Positions 1 to 13,800 of a stretch of DNA of 64,000 nt are shown here, in pieces (within the stretch, counting starts at the first letter, position 1; the number at the start of each line of letters is the position of its first letter). The notes beneath the pieces are model-generated. The model had not been told where the DNA came from. It did no database searches and saw only the letters and a list, made by a program, of their open reading frames with translations. Location: the NCBI GenBank assembly GCA_905331295.1, contig CAJNYD010000035.1, positions 124,001 to 188,000 of the forward strand, read 5' to 3'. This DNA comes from Rotaria socialis. Its lineage: Eukaryota. The position numbers and the translations under genes are program-made.

Positions 1-463
1 GGTGTATAAGGATGAGTAATTTCATATGTAAGATCGAGTGCACCAGCCAAACCCAAATCTGCAATCCATTTTGCAATGAACTACAGAGAGGAGCATAAAA
101 AGAAACAATATTGGTATAAAAATTTTCTCGACTTACCGCTGGTACTATTTTTAATATTTCTTCCACCTGTTCGTATAAATATTCGAAATATGCCGGCACT
201 AATTCAGTTATTTCTTTGCTCATTAATTTGCCCAAAGCAAAACCCATATCGTAAGGTGTTCCACCATAGACATGCACAATATTGATTTGATCATAGTCTG
301 ATCCAACGACAAATCGTTTTCCATTCGGAACCGTGCTAACAAGGCGAGGATCTTCGCGTACGATCGGATTTGTATTTACTTTACCGGAACATGAAGGATC
401 TGTTGAATAGATCACACTAATACGAGCTAAAAAGCAAAGCAGTAAGAGCGCACTACCATTCAT
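1..463 (-). CDS. Secreted Dcd1-like / acid-ceramidase-related Ntn-hydrolase, 5' part only (runs off window)
   Basis: ATG at 463; exon 463-137 gives MNGSALLLLCFLARISVIYS...IVHVYGGTPYDMGFALGKLM (signal-peptide-like start); 56-nt GT-AG intron 136-81; next exon FIAKWIADLGLAGALDLTYEITHPYT. Family call from recalled motif similarity. Absent from the ORF track because there is no stop before the window edge. Confidence 0.6.
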   Translation of the reverse strand, partial: MNGSALLLLCFLARISVIYSTDPSCSGKVNTNPIVREDPRLVSTVPNGKRFVVGSDYDQINIVHVYGGTPYDMGFALGKLMSKEITELVPAYFEYLYEQVEEILKIVPAVSRENFYTNIVSFYAPLCSSLQNGLQIWVWLVHSILHMKLLILIH

Positions 464-931
464 TTCAGTAAATATTATCGACTACTGATTGTAATACAAG
501 AGTGTGGCAGGGTAAAGAATAACTGATGGTCGATTCTCACACTTATTGCCTTGTAAAAAAAGTCAATAAATGACATCGACAGAATTATATTCAATCGATA
601 GCAATAATGCTAAAGAAATGAGGAAAAAATGATTGCATACCGCAATACTTCGTTTGAATGCTGTATCGTCGGCTGTTGTGGTATACATACAAGTGATACA
701 AGCATTTTTGATCGGATCGTATACTTATGATATACTGTTCTATCATTAGAGAGCAGTTCAACAATTAGCTAGTTTATCCTGAGGAAAAATTAGTAAAGAG
801 ATTTCTTAAGCGATGCAAAACAATATGATGTTTATTGATAATTTCATCTTCAAAATTCAACACTAAGAAGCTCGAAGTATTCACTTAGATGAACATACAT
901 CTTTAATCAGAAAAACAAAAAAATAATGTCC

Positions 932-1903
932 TTATTTCAAAATTGGTGTGTATTGTGGTCGATATTTAATTTCTGTAGGACAGACATTATAGGGTGTTCG
1001 TAAAATATAAAGAACACCTTCAGCAATATCTTCTGATTGAATACATTTGTCAAAATTGAAGTTCTGCGTAGCACTATGAAGCATTGGGGTATTGACAAAA
1101 CCAGGCATAATAGAACATACTTTAATACCATATTCACGAACATCTATACGACAGAAAACCGCTAATAGAATAAAAAAAACAAATAGTTCTCTATCAAACC
1201 TTCATAAATCGAACCAAGAAACCCATTAAGTCCCCATTTACTAGCATAATATTGAGCTAGTTTCCCATTAGTCATCTGAAAACATTATATCGATGGAATG
1301 TCAAATAATTATTTAACTGATTGAAAAATCCGCCTCAATATTCACTATTTTTTTGTTTTACTAACCGTTGCTGCTATGGATGATATAGCAATCACTGCAC
1401 TGTGTTTACATTCTTTCATCATTGGTAAACATCTTCCTGTCATTCGCATTAAACTTAATAAATTCACTGTCATGACTTCATCCCACATATCTACCACATC
1501 TTTTCCTGATGGTGTTTTTTCTTCGATAGAAGAAATACTCTCACCAAATATGCCAGCATTATTTATAAGAATATCTAATTTATTTTGAAATATTTGACCG
1601 ATTTCTTTACAGGCATCTTCCACTGATTGTTTCGATGACATATCACAGATAATAACGTGAGCTTTCACGGCATGTTTTGAACATTCAGTAGCTAAACTTT
1701 CCAGAGTATCACGAGAACGACCTAACAAAGCAACATTACAACTAAAATGTATTCTTGCTAGAAAGTAGAAATTTCAAATATAAATAATTTTACCCTTCTT
1801 TAGCCAAAGTTAATGCTACCACTTTACCGATGCCACTACTAGCACCAGTTATAACAGCATTTTTTCCATGTAAATCCATTGTACCCCTATATTCTCCGGT
1901 CAT
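932..1903 (-). CDS. Short-chain dehydrogenase/reductase (classical SDR), 4 exons
   Basis: Spliced model gives the TGASSGIG Rossmann motif, LDILINNAG, ISSIA, catalytic YYASK, IKVCSIMPGFVNTPM; TAA at 934-932. Confidence 0.9.
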
Positions 1904-2107
1904 TTTTCTCTAGTGCTTACGGAAAAAATGATAAGAATACTTGTAAAACAATATGATTCATGCCGAGTGAAGTTTCTATTGGTTTCTTGAGGAGGCCATT
2001 CGGTTATTGGCTGATTGGACTCTATAGCTGATACCGTTAAGAATGTTACTACTCGGTGTGACACCTAGTGATTATTTTGAGGATTATTACTTGACACGAT
2101 GATAGAT

Positions 2108-2123
2108 ACCCACACCCACACCC
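2108..2123 (-). repeat. Short telomere-like (TGTGGG)n motif
   Basis: acccacacccacaccc on the + strand, just 3' of the ABCC poly(A) signal. Confidence 0.5.
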
Positions 2124-2222
2124 TGAAGAACATTTGTTTTAAACAAAAAGGCATTTTTATTGACTTTCATAAATCTAACATGCACTCTTCATAACTACTA
2201 TTGCATATTTTTTGCAACTACG

Positions 2223-5200
2223 CTAAGTTAGATTCAAGCCACTTGGTACATCGAAATAGGCAATTTCTCCTTGTTCCAACATAAGAATACGATCACTATT
2301 CGCTATTGTGTTCAATCGGTGTGCAATTGTCAGTATAGTTCGATCTCGAAATTTGTCAGCAATAACACTTTGAATCATGCTGTCGGTGGCATGATCAACA
2401 TGTGCTGTAGCTTCGTCAATAAGCAATATATGACTTCTCTTGAGAATGGCTCGTGCTACACAGATAAGTTGACGCTCTCCTGCACTCAAATTACTACCCG
2501 ATTCAGCCACTAATTGAGTAAGTCCATTTGGATTATTAATTACCAGGTGTTTGAGTTGAACAGATTCAAGTGCCTTTAAACATTCTTCATCGGAATATTG
2601 TGAGAATGGATCAAGATTATATCGAAGTGTACCACAAAATAGAATTGGTACCTGTGGAATAACGCTTAGATGAGAACGAAGTTGATCGAGTGAAAGACAT
2701 CCAATATCAATACCATCTATGTAGATACTGCCTGTGATTGATGATTGATCAACAAGTCGGAAGAGAGCTTGAAGAAGTGATGATTTTCCAGCTCCTAATT
2801 AAACAGAATAGTAGCGACGATATTTATGAATTCCTATGTGAACGTATTTGACTATTCGACTTTTGACAAGTTTTCAAATATGTGCCTTGAAACAAAAACT
2901 TAAATTTTCAGGGAACCTCGATGATATTTTCACAAATAAAAGTAATTATATGTCGTATTTAGAATCATGTACTGTTTGTTCAAATAAAAATATCGTCGGT
3001 GTTATGATAGCGCCATAAAAATTCTAGCTGTTTTCTTAACTCTTCGTTCAGATATATTAGCACTTGTCGATACAGATTCTTGATTAGTTTTACCTGTTCG
3101 ACCAATGACTCCAATTTTTTCCTTTGATTTGATATGCAAATTAAGATTTTTCAGTACAGGATCCAACTCTGGCCGATACCGGAATGTGTAGTCTTTAAAT
3201 TCGATAATACCACGAGAAGGCCAATCATGTGGCGGCTGAACCAATAGTTCTGTTTTACGATTGTTTCGATGACTTTCCGGTACAAGCTGTCCATATTCAT
3301 GAATACGTTCAGCACTGGTCATGAGATTTTCAGCCTCGGCTGATTGTCTTACAGCCCATTGAAATAGAGTCGATATAGTGATAGAATATGTGAGACTGAG
3401 AGCGGCAGCCGACGGATCGATTTGATGGCGCAACGCTACTGCAAGAATTGCTGTCAAACATGTGAGTAAAGTTGTCATAAAAGTGAGTTGCAAGCCAAAC
3501 CAACGGCTAGCTGCAATGAGAACGAAGTAAGCTCGAAAATTTGAATCAACTTTTTCCATGAACATATTAATGAAGTCATGTTGAACTCCAAATGCACGAA
3601 TACTCGTTAGTCCTTCTAATGAAGATGAGAACAATGAATAGATTGGGCTACGAGTTACACTTTCAAGTCGTTTGAGTTGAAGACTTGAACGCATATAGAA
3701 TCGGTGAAGCCACCAAAATAAAGGAACCAATGGAATAAAAATTAGAAGTACCCATGGATTAATGATTCCGATTATTACAACAGTACCAAGAATCATCAGT
3801 AGATTTTGAATCGTATCGATTACAGTTACAGGTAATAGCTCATCTAAGATTTGCTGATCTTTACTGGCACGATTCAATATTCTTCCGCTTGGATTACTTT
3901 CGAAGAAACGTAATGACGTATACAAAATACCGTTAAGCATTTGATTGTGAAAAAACGTTGATCCACGTAGCATGATGTACATATGGAAACCGGCTCGCAG
4001 TAACGAAGCCAGAAATGTACCTAATGTTAATCCAAGATAGACATAAGCATCCGATGATGAACTTTCATTTGCTTCGGATTTGGCAGACCATAGAGCGAGC
4101 CAACGATTTGTGAAGTCGTACAGAGCTTCGGTGACTAAGAGTAAGATAATCAGTAGAAAAAATCCCAACCAACGTAAAGGTGGGGCGGTAAACAACTGAA
4201 GCCAAACTTTCCACTGCACAGAACCTTCCGTTGATGCTTCGTTTTTCACAATTGAATTCATATCTTTTGTAGCAGTGATAAGTTTAAAATCATTTTCGTT
4301 TTCATCTTCGTTATTTTCGTCTGGTGAATCTGACTCGGTCGTATCATTCGATTGCTCATCAGCAGCAGGTTGTTCAGTATGAAATTCATCGATACGACCA
4401 TTTGCTAAGAGAATTGTTTGATCTGCTTCAGCTAAGAAATGTATCTGATGTGTAACCAATATTCTTGTTTTCTGAGATAACAGACTACGCGGACCAATGC
4501 ATTGATCAAAGATTTTCTTCGCTACTTTTGGATCAACAGCTGCAATTGGATCATCGAGTAAATACAATTCTGCATCAACATAAAGAGCACGAGCTAATGA
4601 TACTCGAGCTTTTTGTCCTCCACTCAAATTAACCCCTTTATCACCAATCATCATTAAGTCACCGACTTCACCAAAATTTTGTAAATCAACATCAAGACAA
4701 CATGCTTTAATCACATTTTGGTAACGTTCTTCATCCATTGGTTTGCCAAGTAGAATATTATTTCTTATTGTGTCAGCAAATATCCACGACGATTGTGGAG
4801 CATAGGAAATAGAACGAACGCATTGCTGTAATTTTCCACTCACAAGATTGATTTCACCAAGAATAGCAGCTAGTAGAGATGATTTTCCAGCACCTGTGGA
4901 ACCTTTTATTCCAACTAATGTGTTATGCTTGATCTTGAGACGGAGAGAAAATAGGCTAGGAGTATCTTTCCAGGAAAATGATGCATCTTCCATTATAATT
5001 GCATGATCTCCTTTTTCGTTTGCTTCTTGTTCTCGTCTATTCAGCAGTATTTCGAATTCCATAAATTGATCGATTCTTCTTGCAGCAACACGAGCTTCAC
5101 TGAGCTTTTCAATAATACCTGGCAACATCAAAGCTACTGACATTCGCAGCATGCCGAAGAAAGACAACGCCGTAAAAATGTTCGCTGCTATTAATTGTTT

Positions 5201-6199
5201 ACCCATAAGCCAACTGCCACCAAATGTTGCTAGTGAAATTAATGGTAGCGATGAAAAAAAGATACTAAAATTAAGAGCACGCAAACGACTGGATCTAAAG
5301 ATACTCTGCAATTCAGCTCGCCGCGTGTCACGTACTAATTGTTCCATAGCTTTTTCCCAGTTGTACATTTTAATAATTTGACATCCATGAATAAGTTCAT
5401 TGATCGTTTGAACACGCGTATCCGTACATGCCATTGTTACCTTTCGATATTGACTGAATAGCCTACTACAAACGAACTGTAAAGGAAGTAATAGAGCAAG
5501 TGCGGCATAGCCAAACAATGTTGGCAAACCTATAATCCACCAGATGAGACCAAACATTGTGAAAGCTTCCAAAGGTGCCACCCATATATAATGGAAGGAA
5601 GCAGTCATTTCTTCAAACTTACCTGCATCATTGGCAACTAAATTGATTGTTTGAGCAGCAGTAGTCTTATACAGCGACGCCGTATTGATCGTCAATAAAT
5701 GTTTATATATGGCACAACTTAGCGTATTGCGCATGCGCATACCTACTCGTTGATTTCGAAAAAAGGCTTGTTGGTGAACAATAGCCTGTATTATTGAACA
5801 AATAGTAAGACCAATAGCAAATAAATAGCCGCGGTAAGCCGGTAATCCTGATGTATCACTAATATAGATGATAATTTCACGAAGGAGTAATGGTTGTGCA
5901 ATACGGGTCCCAGCAAATGCTAACATGAACCACATGGTTTCGAAGAAATCCTTTAAAAACGTACGTCTGATTAGATTCCATGTACCTGGCCATTTAGAAC
6001 TATCACAATTGGCTTTGTTCAACAAGGCAACACACTTGTCTTTAACTGAAATATCGCTTAAATCTTCGTCGACCAATGTGCGCCGATTTCCTAATAAAAT
6101 AAGAGGCTTAATCCACCACCATAGTGCCACATTTATCCATCTTGTCCATGATGATTCTGCCCAATCCAAACGACAGGATTCTCTTTTTTTACCTAGCAT
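2223..6199 (-). CDS. ABCC4: ABCC4/MRP4-like ABC transporter (short ABCC, no TMD0), ~1225 aa, 2 exons
   Basis: TMD1-NBD1-TMD2-NBD2; Walker A GSTGAGKS and GRTGAGKS, signatures LSGGQKAR and LSAGERQL, Walker B LLDD and LIDE; single intron 3093-2795 inside the second Walker A. Confidence 0.9.
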
Positions 6200-6820
6200 A
6201 CATCAATAATCGATACAGAATTCAAATGAAATTTATTTTATAACATAGCATAACTACTCATCAATTTTCTTCTCAACAAAATACAACGCTATGACATTAA
6301 TTGTAATCTGAAAAGTTTGCACTGATTAGAAAATACGCGTGTTCAAACGAATAATTTCTAATGCAGCGTTCAAATATACATTATTCGCAATGAATCTTAA
6401 TTCTAACGAAAAGGTGCTGGCAGATAGTCTTTCAGTTCATCAAATATTATTTATGGCATATCAAAAGTAATTCATTTTTCAAATATCCACCTATAGACCA
6501 ATGGATGCCAACGTTTTATTGAAGTAAGCATTTAAATTAGGCGTTGATAGAGATGAATCAGTACATGTCTTAGGAGAATAACAACAATTACACCTGAACC
6601 TAGATAAGATGAATTTGCCCTGAAGTAGTCCAACTTTCTTCGTGCCAACAAAAGGTCACAATAAAAAAAAAATGCTTTGAATTTATTGGCACTGAGATGA
6701 TATTGGCAGTCAATAAACAGCAAGATATCTGCTATATCGTAAAACTGCACTTAAATCTTTTGTTTCATCACTGATACATATCTGTCGTAAAATAATGAAC
6801 TATTCCAATACTCTTTCAAA

Positions 6821-6845
6821 CACACCCACACCCACACTCACACCC
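6821..6845 (-). repeat. Short telomere-like (TGTGGG)n motif
   Basis: cacacccacacccacactcacaccc, about 4 units with one variant. Confidence 0.55.
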
Positions 6846-7756
6846 TAGCATTATGAACGCACTTACTTTGTGTTTCATGAGATGCATCCGATAATTTGCC
6901 AGTTTGCTCCTGCGGTTGTACTTTTGAAGACATTCGTGTTTCGGTCTCTTCTTCAACTACTATTATTTTTTTTCTTGATAATGTCCTTGCTACAGTTATT
7001 ACGCACGTATTGTTTGCTGTTTAGAATGAATGCAGAAAACAAGTTTATGATATCGGTTTTTATTGTAACCAGTTTATTGCAGATAGCTGCTTATCTCACC
7101 TCTCATTAACTTGGCTCACATGATTGTGTAACTTTGTTTTTTTTATTACAACCATACCATAGATGACAAATGTGCAGAGCGTTGGATATTATTTAATTCT
7201 CTTCGCAGACCGAGTTCAACGGAGTCTTTATACGATCGTTTATGATTATTATCTTCAACCAGTATTTATTTTGTATTACTTCAAATTGCTCTCTCGTATG
7301 TATTGAAGCAATATTTATGAGCCTCATCTCTAGATATAACTGCATCCAAGGTTTATACTGATTCATTTGTAACACTTCAAATTGAAAAATACAAAAACGT
7401 GTAGTAGAATTATATAGTTTAAAAAATAAATAAACTATAGAAAAGAAAAACAGTGTACGTGAACATTTATACAGTAAATATAGTTAGAAAAAATAGGTGT
7501 GGGTGTATGGGTATGGCTGCAGTCTACTGATTGAGTTGTTTCCAGAAACCTACGCCCACAATATAATATCATCCAAATCAGAACTTCTGATAATTATTAC
7601 ACAATTTTTCGCACTTTGTCTGGTTTAAATTAACATACAACATACAGATTTTTTGTTGATGAACATTGATAATACAGTTATTGGCTACCACCACTATAGA
7701 TCAAATCTATTTCGGAGTGTACATAAAACATTATCATCAATGAAAACGGGTGAATG

Positions 7757-8833
7757 ACACTTCGTCTCACCTCTTTTTTACGATCTCCTGACATGAAGAA
7801 AAAGACATGGTGTTCGGAATCAATTCTAACAATAGCTTTTTTTTATAGAATATAACCATTGAAAAAGCTATTGTCAAAATTGATTCCGAACTCTAGTTAA
7901 ATTTTGCTGCTTGCGCACATCAATATTTGGCTGGAGATTGTAATCGGAATGTCCGGGTGTTCGTAACGGCAAACACAGGAAGGCTGTACTGAAAAAAACG
8001 ACACGATTTTTGTATGTTCAGGTTGGTTCACCTATGAGAAAATATGAAGTGACACGCTAAAATCGCAACCTAAAAGCATGCACAAAGAGAACGTTCCGAT
8101 GAATTCAAGCAATTGCGATTGCAATTCTGCTTACTAGTATAACTCTAGTTTTAGTTATTATTCTCCTTATTCCTTCAATACATTCTCTATTACAAATGCC
8201 AGTTTTATTGAAAGAAAAAGAATACATATTTATTCGTGACTCTAGTGTTAATATATATCATCATTCTATTTATCCTTCGATGAATGTATACGCTTTTTGA
8301 ACCTAATTACGTGTTTATTTTTCGATGTTGATGCAAGAAGACCAAGTTGAAATGATGATGTGTAAGATGAAGACGAAGCAGCAGTGGCATGATCGTTGGG
8401 TCTAACTCTAAGAAGATTTAATATTGGAGTTAAACGTAAATAATATACAGAAGCAGCTTGCTCAGCTGTTGCTTTTTAATCAATTTATTATTCTTAATTT
8501 TATGTTTCTTTAATGGTGGAGACTGAGAACGCTCATCAGATGATGATTGTGAACAAGAAGTACTCTTCGTAACAGTTGGTGATGATGCATTCTATTATAT
8601 TATTGCTTATAAGAACAGAAAGTCTTTATATCAATTACGATGTTCTAATAAATTCTTTTGCGAACTCCGTGTTAAAGTACCCTTAGAATTACCTTCCGCA
8701 CAACCGACCTTGTTCATTACGATCTCCGGTACATAGGTGTTTACGAACTCATGGCATAAATTTTTACGAAGAAAATTCATTTCCGAATACTCGCCCACAT
8801 TTACCGGTGTTCGTAAGAGGCGAGACGAAGTGT
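7757..8833. mobile_element. Degenerate non-autonomous DNA transposon with terminal inverted repeats (~1.08 kb)
   Basis: Left end acacttcgtctcacctctt...tacgatctcc matches the reverse complement of the right end (acacttcgtctcgcctcttacgaacacc); internal ttacgaac-like repeats at 8635-8815; no intact transposase seen. Confidence 0.55.
7812..7891. repeat. 30-bp-arm inverted repeat (hairpin / tiny MITE)
   Basis: gttcggaatcaattctaacaatagcttttt vs aaaaagctattgtcaaaattgattccgaac, 2 mismatches. Confidence 0.8.
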
Positions 8834-10835
8834 GATTTTCCCATGGAAACATCAAAAAACGATGAGTTAATAAGGCAAAACCTACAATAATTATTTTCTG
8901 TTCATATCGTATTCAAATGTCAACAATATTTTAACTAGTAACATTGATCAAAACCTAAGAAAAGTATAAAACGTATAGAATCTTTGATTATAAGCAAACG
9001 TGTTCAACGCTACTTTTTATTTCATTCGATTTATGAATTTCAATACTAATATCATCATGTTAGATTCATTGTCTCTCTCAATGTTCAATCTTACAGAGTT
9101 GCTGTAGATTTACTTCTTTTTGTTTTACATGGTTTGAAATATATTAGAAATGATTTCGTCGATTCAATTGAATATTACTGATGAAATCTTAAGAATTCTC
9201 GTGAATAAAAATCTTCTTCAAGATACAACGTTTTAGAAATTTTGGACAGCCTCTAAACCTAGTCATGCTTGATTACAATGAAAAGATGAAGATGGTAATG
9301 ATACAGCAGAGCTTACCGCATCGGAATCCATGAATAAAATCGATTTTTTTAAAAGCAAATCAGGCCATTGAAGGACCTGGCTGATCCAATGCGTCAAGTT
9401 CTATTTAAAATATATACCAATACAATTATTCTGAAATGCACAATGTTACTAACTAGCTCATATGTCTTCGTAAATAAATTGAAGTAGCAGCTGCTTTCCT
9501 CATATGTGCGCAGTATAAATACTTCAGTAGTCAAAAACAAAACATTGAACTAGCCTTTTTTTTCAATACATCTAAACTGTATCTCGAATAGATTGTGAAG
9601 TAATTTCATGTCGGTAATGTTATAGTTCAAGTAGATATTTTAGTCGATTATTACTAGTACCTTTTTGCGTCTAATAAACTAAAACAGTTTTCCTATGCAA
9701 ACGTATTAGTTTACAGGACGTTTGTACTCAATGTAGTTTTAATGGATTGCAGTATGAGAATTAATATCAAATAGAATTATTCGACTTGAGTGTATGTCAC
9801 CATAGATTATTTCCGAGAAAAAATTTCTCTAATGAACACTATCGCATGCTTACTTCTAACGTCTGAGTTAACTCTTAAAAACCTTAAGTATAGAAACTAA
9901 TTTCTCTTTCTCAGTTCATGTACTCTTGTTTTTGTGACTGAAAAGTTTTCGCTGACATTGATTTGCACAATTTTCATTTGTTAACTGATCATGCAAACAA
10001 AACCTAGCTTCAATGAATTTTTTCTTAGCAATATATAACAAAACGATTTTATTTGTTACTTCAATAATAACAAAAAAACCTAATAGATATATGTCCATAA
10101 ATAGAATTTCAATGGTAAGTAAAATTTTTACGATGGTTATTGAACCATAGAAGCTTTTATTAAAAACGGAAACTGATTTCCGTATTTTTCGTTGCCTGTG
10201 TCTCAAGGCCACCTATTGATGTGTTATCTAATTTCTAGTTGATCTCTTGACAATATTAATGGTTGAAGTTATTCGCATGGAAAATTCTTTGTTTTGACAA
10301 TAAGCTCATACTATCTTCAAATACAAGTTTAAAATGTTCTCCAAAGAAGAAAGTGAATGCGTCTGAATCATAGTATATAATAAAATAAGACAAGAAAAAA
10401 ATGCATTTATTAATCTTAAAACTCATCTTGAGATATTTATAAGCATTTATAAAAATATATTTTTTTCTATACGATGGCTTACATTTTCTTACTTACATAT
10501 TCATCATACACTTGATTCTTTTCTTCTCTTTCATTAGCATCGCGTGCATCTTTCTTCGTTTTTTAATATCAATCGAGTTCACACACGTGAAACAGAAGAA
10601 CAATTTTCGTCTTGAATTTACTGCAAAAGCAACTCGACACCTATTGACTGATTGTTGATGCTGGTGAACGTTTTTCTTTTTCCATTTCCATTTCCTCGTA
10701 TTTCCTTTTGTTTTGCACGCGTGATTTCTCTGTGATAGTTTTTTCTCTCTTCTTTTGAAGTATTATGTCGAGTTCTTTCACTACCTGTCATCATTATCAT
10801 TAGAAAGTATGCCATAGAAATAAGAAGATAACACA

Positions 10836-13800
10836 ATGTACGGTCTTCTACTACAAGCAGCTATTGAAATTATAAGAGCCAAATATGGACAAGAAATATG
10901 GGAGCAAATTAGAAATACACTTAATATTGAGACGAATTCATTTTCGGTATTTCAACAATATGGGGAAACATTATTTATGCGAGTAACAAGAAACTTAAGT
11001 GAAATTCGAAGTAAGTAGAAGAATATTTGCCTACGGATATTTTCAATCATAATTCACTTGCGAAGTTGAAACGAATATAGCTTCTCATTAGATGATTGAA
11101 TAGCACAGGATACATATTTGTTGTGGTATTGTTTTTAAAATAACTAAACTTTTATTTTAAGAGCAAATTGCTCATTTGTTTTATTTACTATTAGATATTT
11201 TAAGTACTAAAAAAAAAAATAACGATGAGAATCGTAGTTTTGAATTTAAGACAATACATCTGTTAATCGCAACTAAGAATCTTCATTGTTACAATTGTGA
11301 AGCATTCCAACAGGATCCGAGATGATCTAAACGTCTATTTTTGAACATAGGAATAGTTTCTATTCCTTTGAAGCCTATCTAGGTTAAGCCAGATAAATTT
11401 CATTCTTCTTCTAGAATAAGAAATCCAAACATTTACTATTAATTAAGTGGCAAAATAAGCATTAAATGTGACAGAACACAAGAGGTGAACCAATAGAACA
11501 AGCATACTTATTTATGCTCAAGCGCCAAAATATTCTTCCACAGATAGATAGATACAGTTTCTGGAATATACGTTGATGAGTCAATCTAAACAATATTTTT
11601 TTTAAGACAAAAATTAAAGAATGCAACAACTAAAGAAAACATTAGAATCCCTAAGACTTGCAATTTTTTCCAGCGAAACCGTGAATAGAAAGCCTTTGAT
11701 ATATGTATTCTAGCAAGTATTGACTAATGATATTTTTCTTTAGATGAGCCAGTGTGCGATCTTATGAATGTATTTGGAACGGAATTCGTTTCGTACATTT
11801 CAAATTATGGCTATGATCGCGTCTTACGAATTCTGTATGTTCGTTTTTAAGAAATTTTAACGTGCAAAAGAATAGTTTTGTTCTAGCGGACATAATATGC
11901 GAGATTTTCTCAATGGTTTGGACAATTTGCATGAATATATGCGTTATACATATCCACGAATGCGACCACCATCATTTTATGTTGAAAAAGAAAGTGCCCA
12001 TGGTTTAACACTTCACTATCGTAGTCGACGTCGAGGCTATGTTCATTACGTTATCGGACAAATCATGGAGGTCTGATAGAATCTCAGTTGAATTTTCTTT
12101 TCATCAATTTTGTTCGCTAGGTTGGTCGTCGATTTTATGATACCAAAGTTCAAATTGAAATCATTAGCGAACAAGATGAAACTGAATTATCGCACGTTAT
12201 ATTAGAACTTAAATTTGAAAATACGGCATACGTTCAACATACAATTGCTAATAAACAATCAAATGAGCTTAATTTAGCCATAGATTGTTATGTTTTTTAT
12301 GAATTATTTCCATTTCACATAATTCTATCGGATACATTAGCAATCATTTCAGCTGGAGAATCTTTAACACAATTATTTCCACATATTGTTGGTGAACTTG
12401 TTCGTGACATATTCACACTTGTTCGGTAATAGAAGAAGAAAAAAACAAATAACGATTCTTCTTTTGGGAAACGATCTTTTCTTTTCTAGGCCAAGTGTAG
12501 CATTGAATTCGATAGAAATTGTGTCGCATTCAAATAATGTTTTTGAATTCGCATCTATTGAACCATTGCACAAATTTTTAAATGACAATGAACCAGAAAC
12601 ACATGAGAAAAAAAGTGAAGATACTTCGGGTAAACTGAGGCATCTTTTTTTTTAGCAAGAACATATTATTATCATTTTATTTTATTTTATTTTAGAAATG
12701 CTTTTAAGCATATCGGCACATCAAGAAGTACACGAAGAATATTTACGTCTTCGCGGTCAGATGCTGTATGTAGAAGAATGGAAACTAATTATCTATTTGG
12801 CTACGCCAGTGTAAGTTAGTTTTATAAATGACTATCTCATACAATTGAGTATCCTTCACCATTCACTGTCCCGCGCGCTGTTAAAGTGCTAGCGCACTGA
12901 TTGAATTGGTATCTTTTGAAAATTTTCATTTTAAAATAACATATCAGAGAGTATCCCAGTAAATAAATTTATTGTCTTCATTCCTTTTAGTCTTGAAAAT
13001 CTCGATGTTATGTTTAACACTGGTCTATTTATAAATGATTTGTCCATGCATGATTCAAGTCGAGATCTGGTTTTGGCTGGTACACAACAAAGTGCTGAAC
13101 TTAAATTAGCACTTGATCAGGTAAATATTTTCAAAAAACCCATGAAAGTTTTGACATTAACATTAATAAAACGACTCTATTTTTTAGGAAAAACAAAAAA
13201 GCAAAGCATTAGAAGATAGCATGAAAAAATTAGATGTGGAAATGAAACGAACTGATTTACTTCTTTATCAAATGATACCCAAGAAAATTGCAGACCGTTT
13301 ACGCGGTGGAGAAAAAGCAGCTACTCTTTGCGAGGTTTGTTTTGTATTTGTTGAGCACTCTCGTTTAGAGTAGTTGCGTACCAACAAATTAAGACATTGG
13401 GTTTCGTTTCCGAGGCTATATCTACTTAGAACATCGTGATCTACTCCTTGCAGACATGATTGATTACTTTTCAATCTACTCTCCTTCATGCCATCTGGCA
13501 GTATATTATGGTTGATTAAAGAAAGAAATCGTATGCTGAAGAATAATTGTGAGCTAGAGCGGTACTACTTGGATATCATTAGTACTCGAGAAACATTTCA
13601 TCATCAATATTGTAAATAGACCGATTGATAGCGTTTTATTTTTACCTGCTTTTTTATACGATATATCTAGCCATAGTTGCGATACAAGAACTACATGTTA
13701 TTGTAACTGTAGACTAAAAATAAATATTAATCAAGGGAAATAACTTTTTTTTATTCCAGTTAGATTTTCAATTTTGTAATCGAATTAAGAACTTTGATTT

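Noticed and set aside
1376..6209. Plus-strand ORFs antisense to SDR and ABCC
   Set aside because: Shadow ORFs of the real minus-strand genes.
6860..7380. Exon-like minus-strand segments (e.g. ANNTCVITVARTLSRKK...HETQ|gtaagt)
   Set aside because: Could not be joined into a stop-free model and no family was recognised; possibly a decayed gene.
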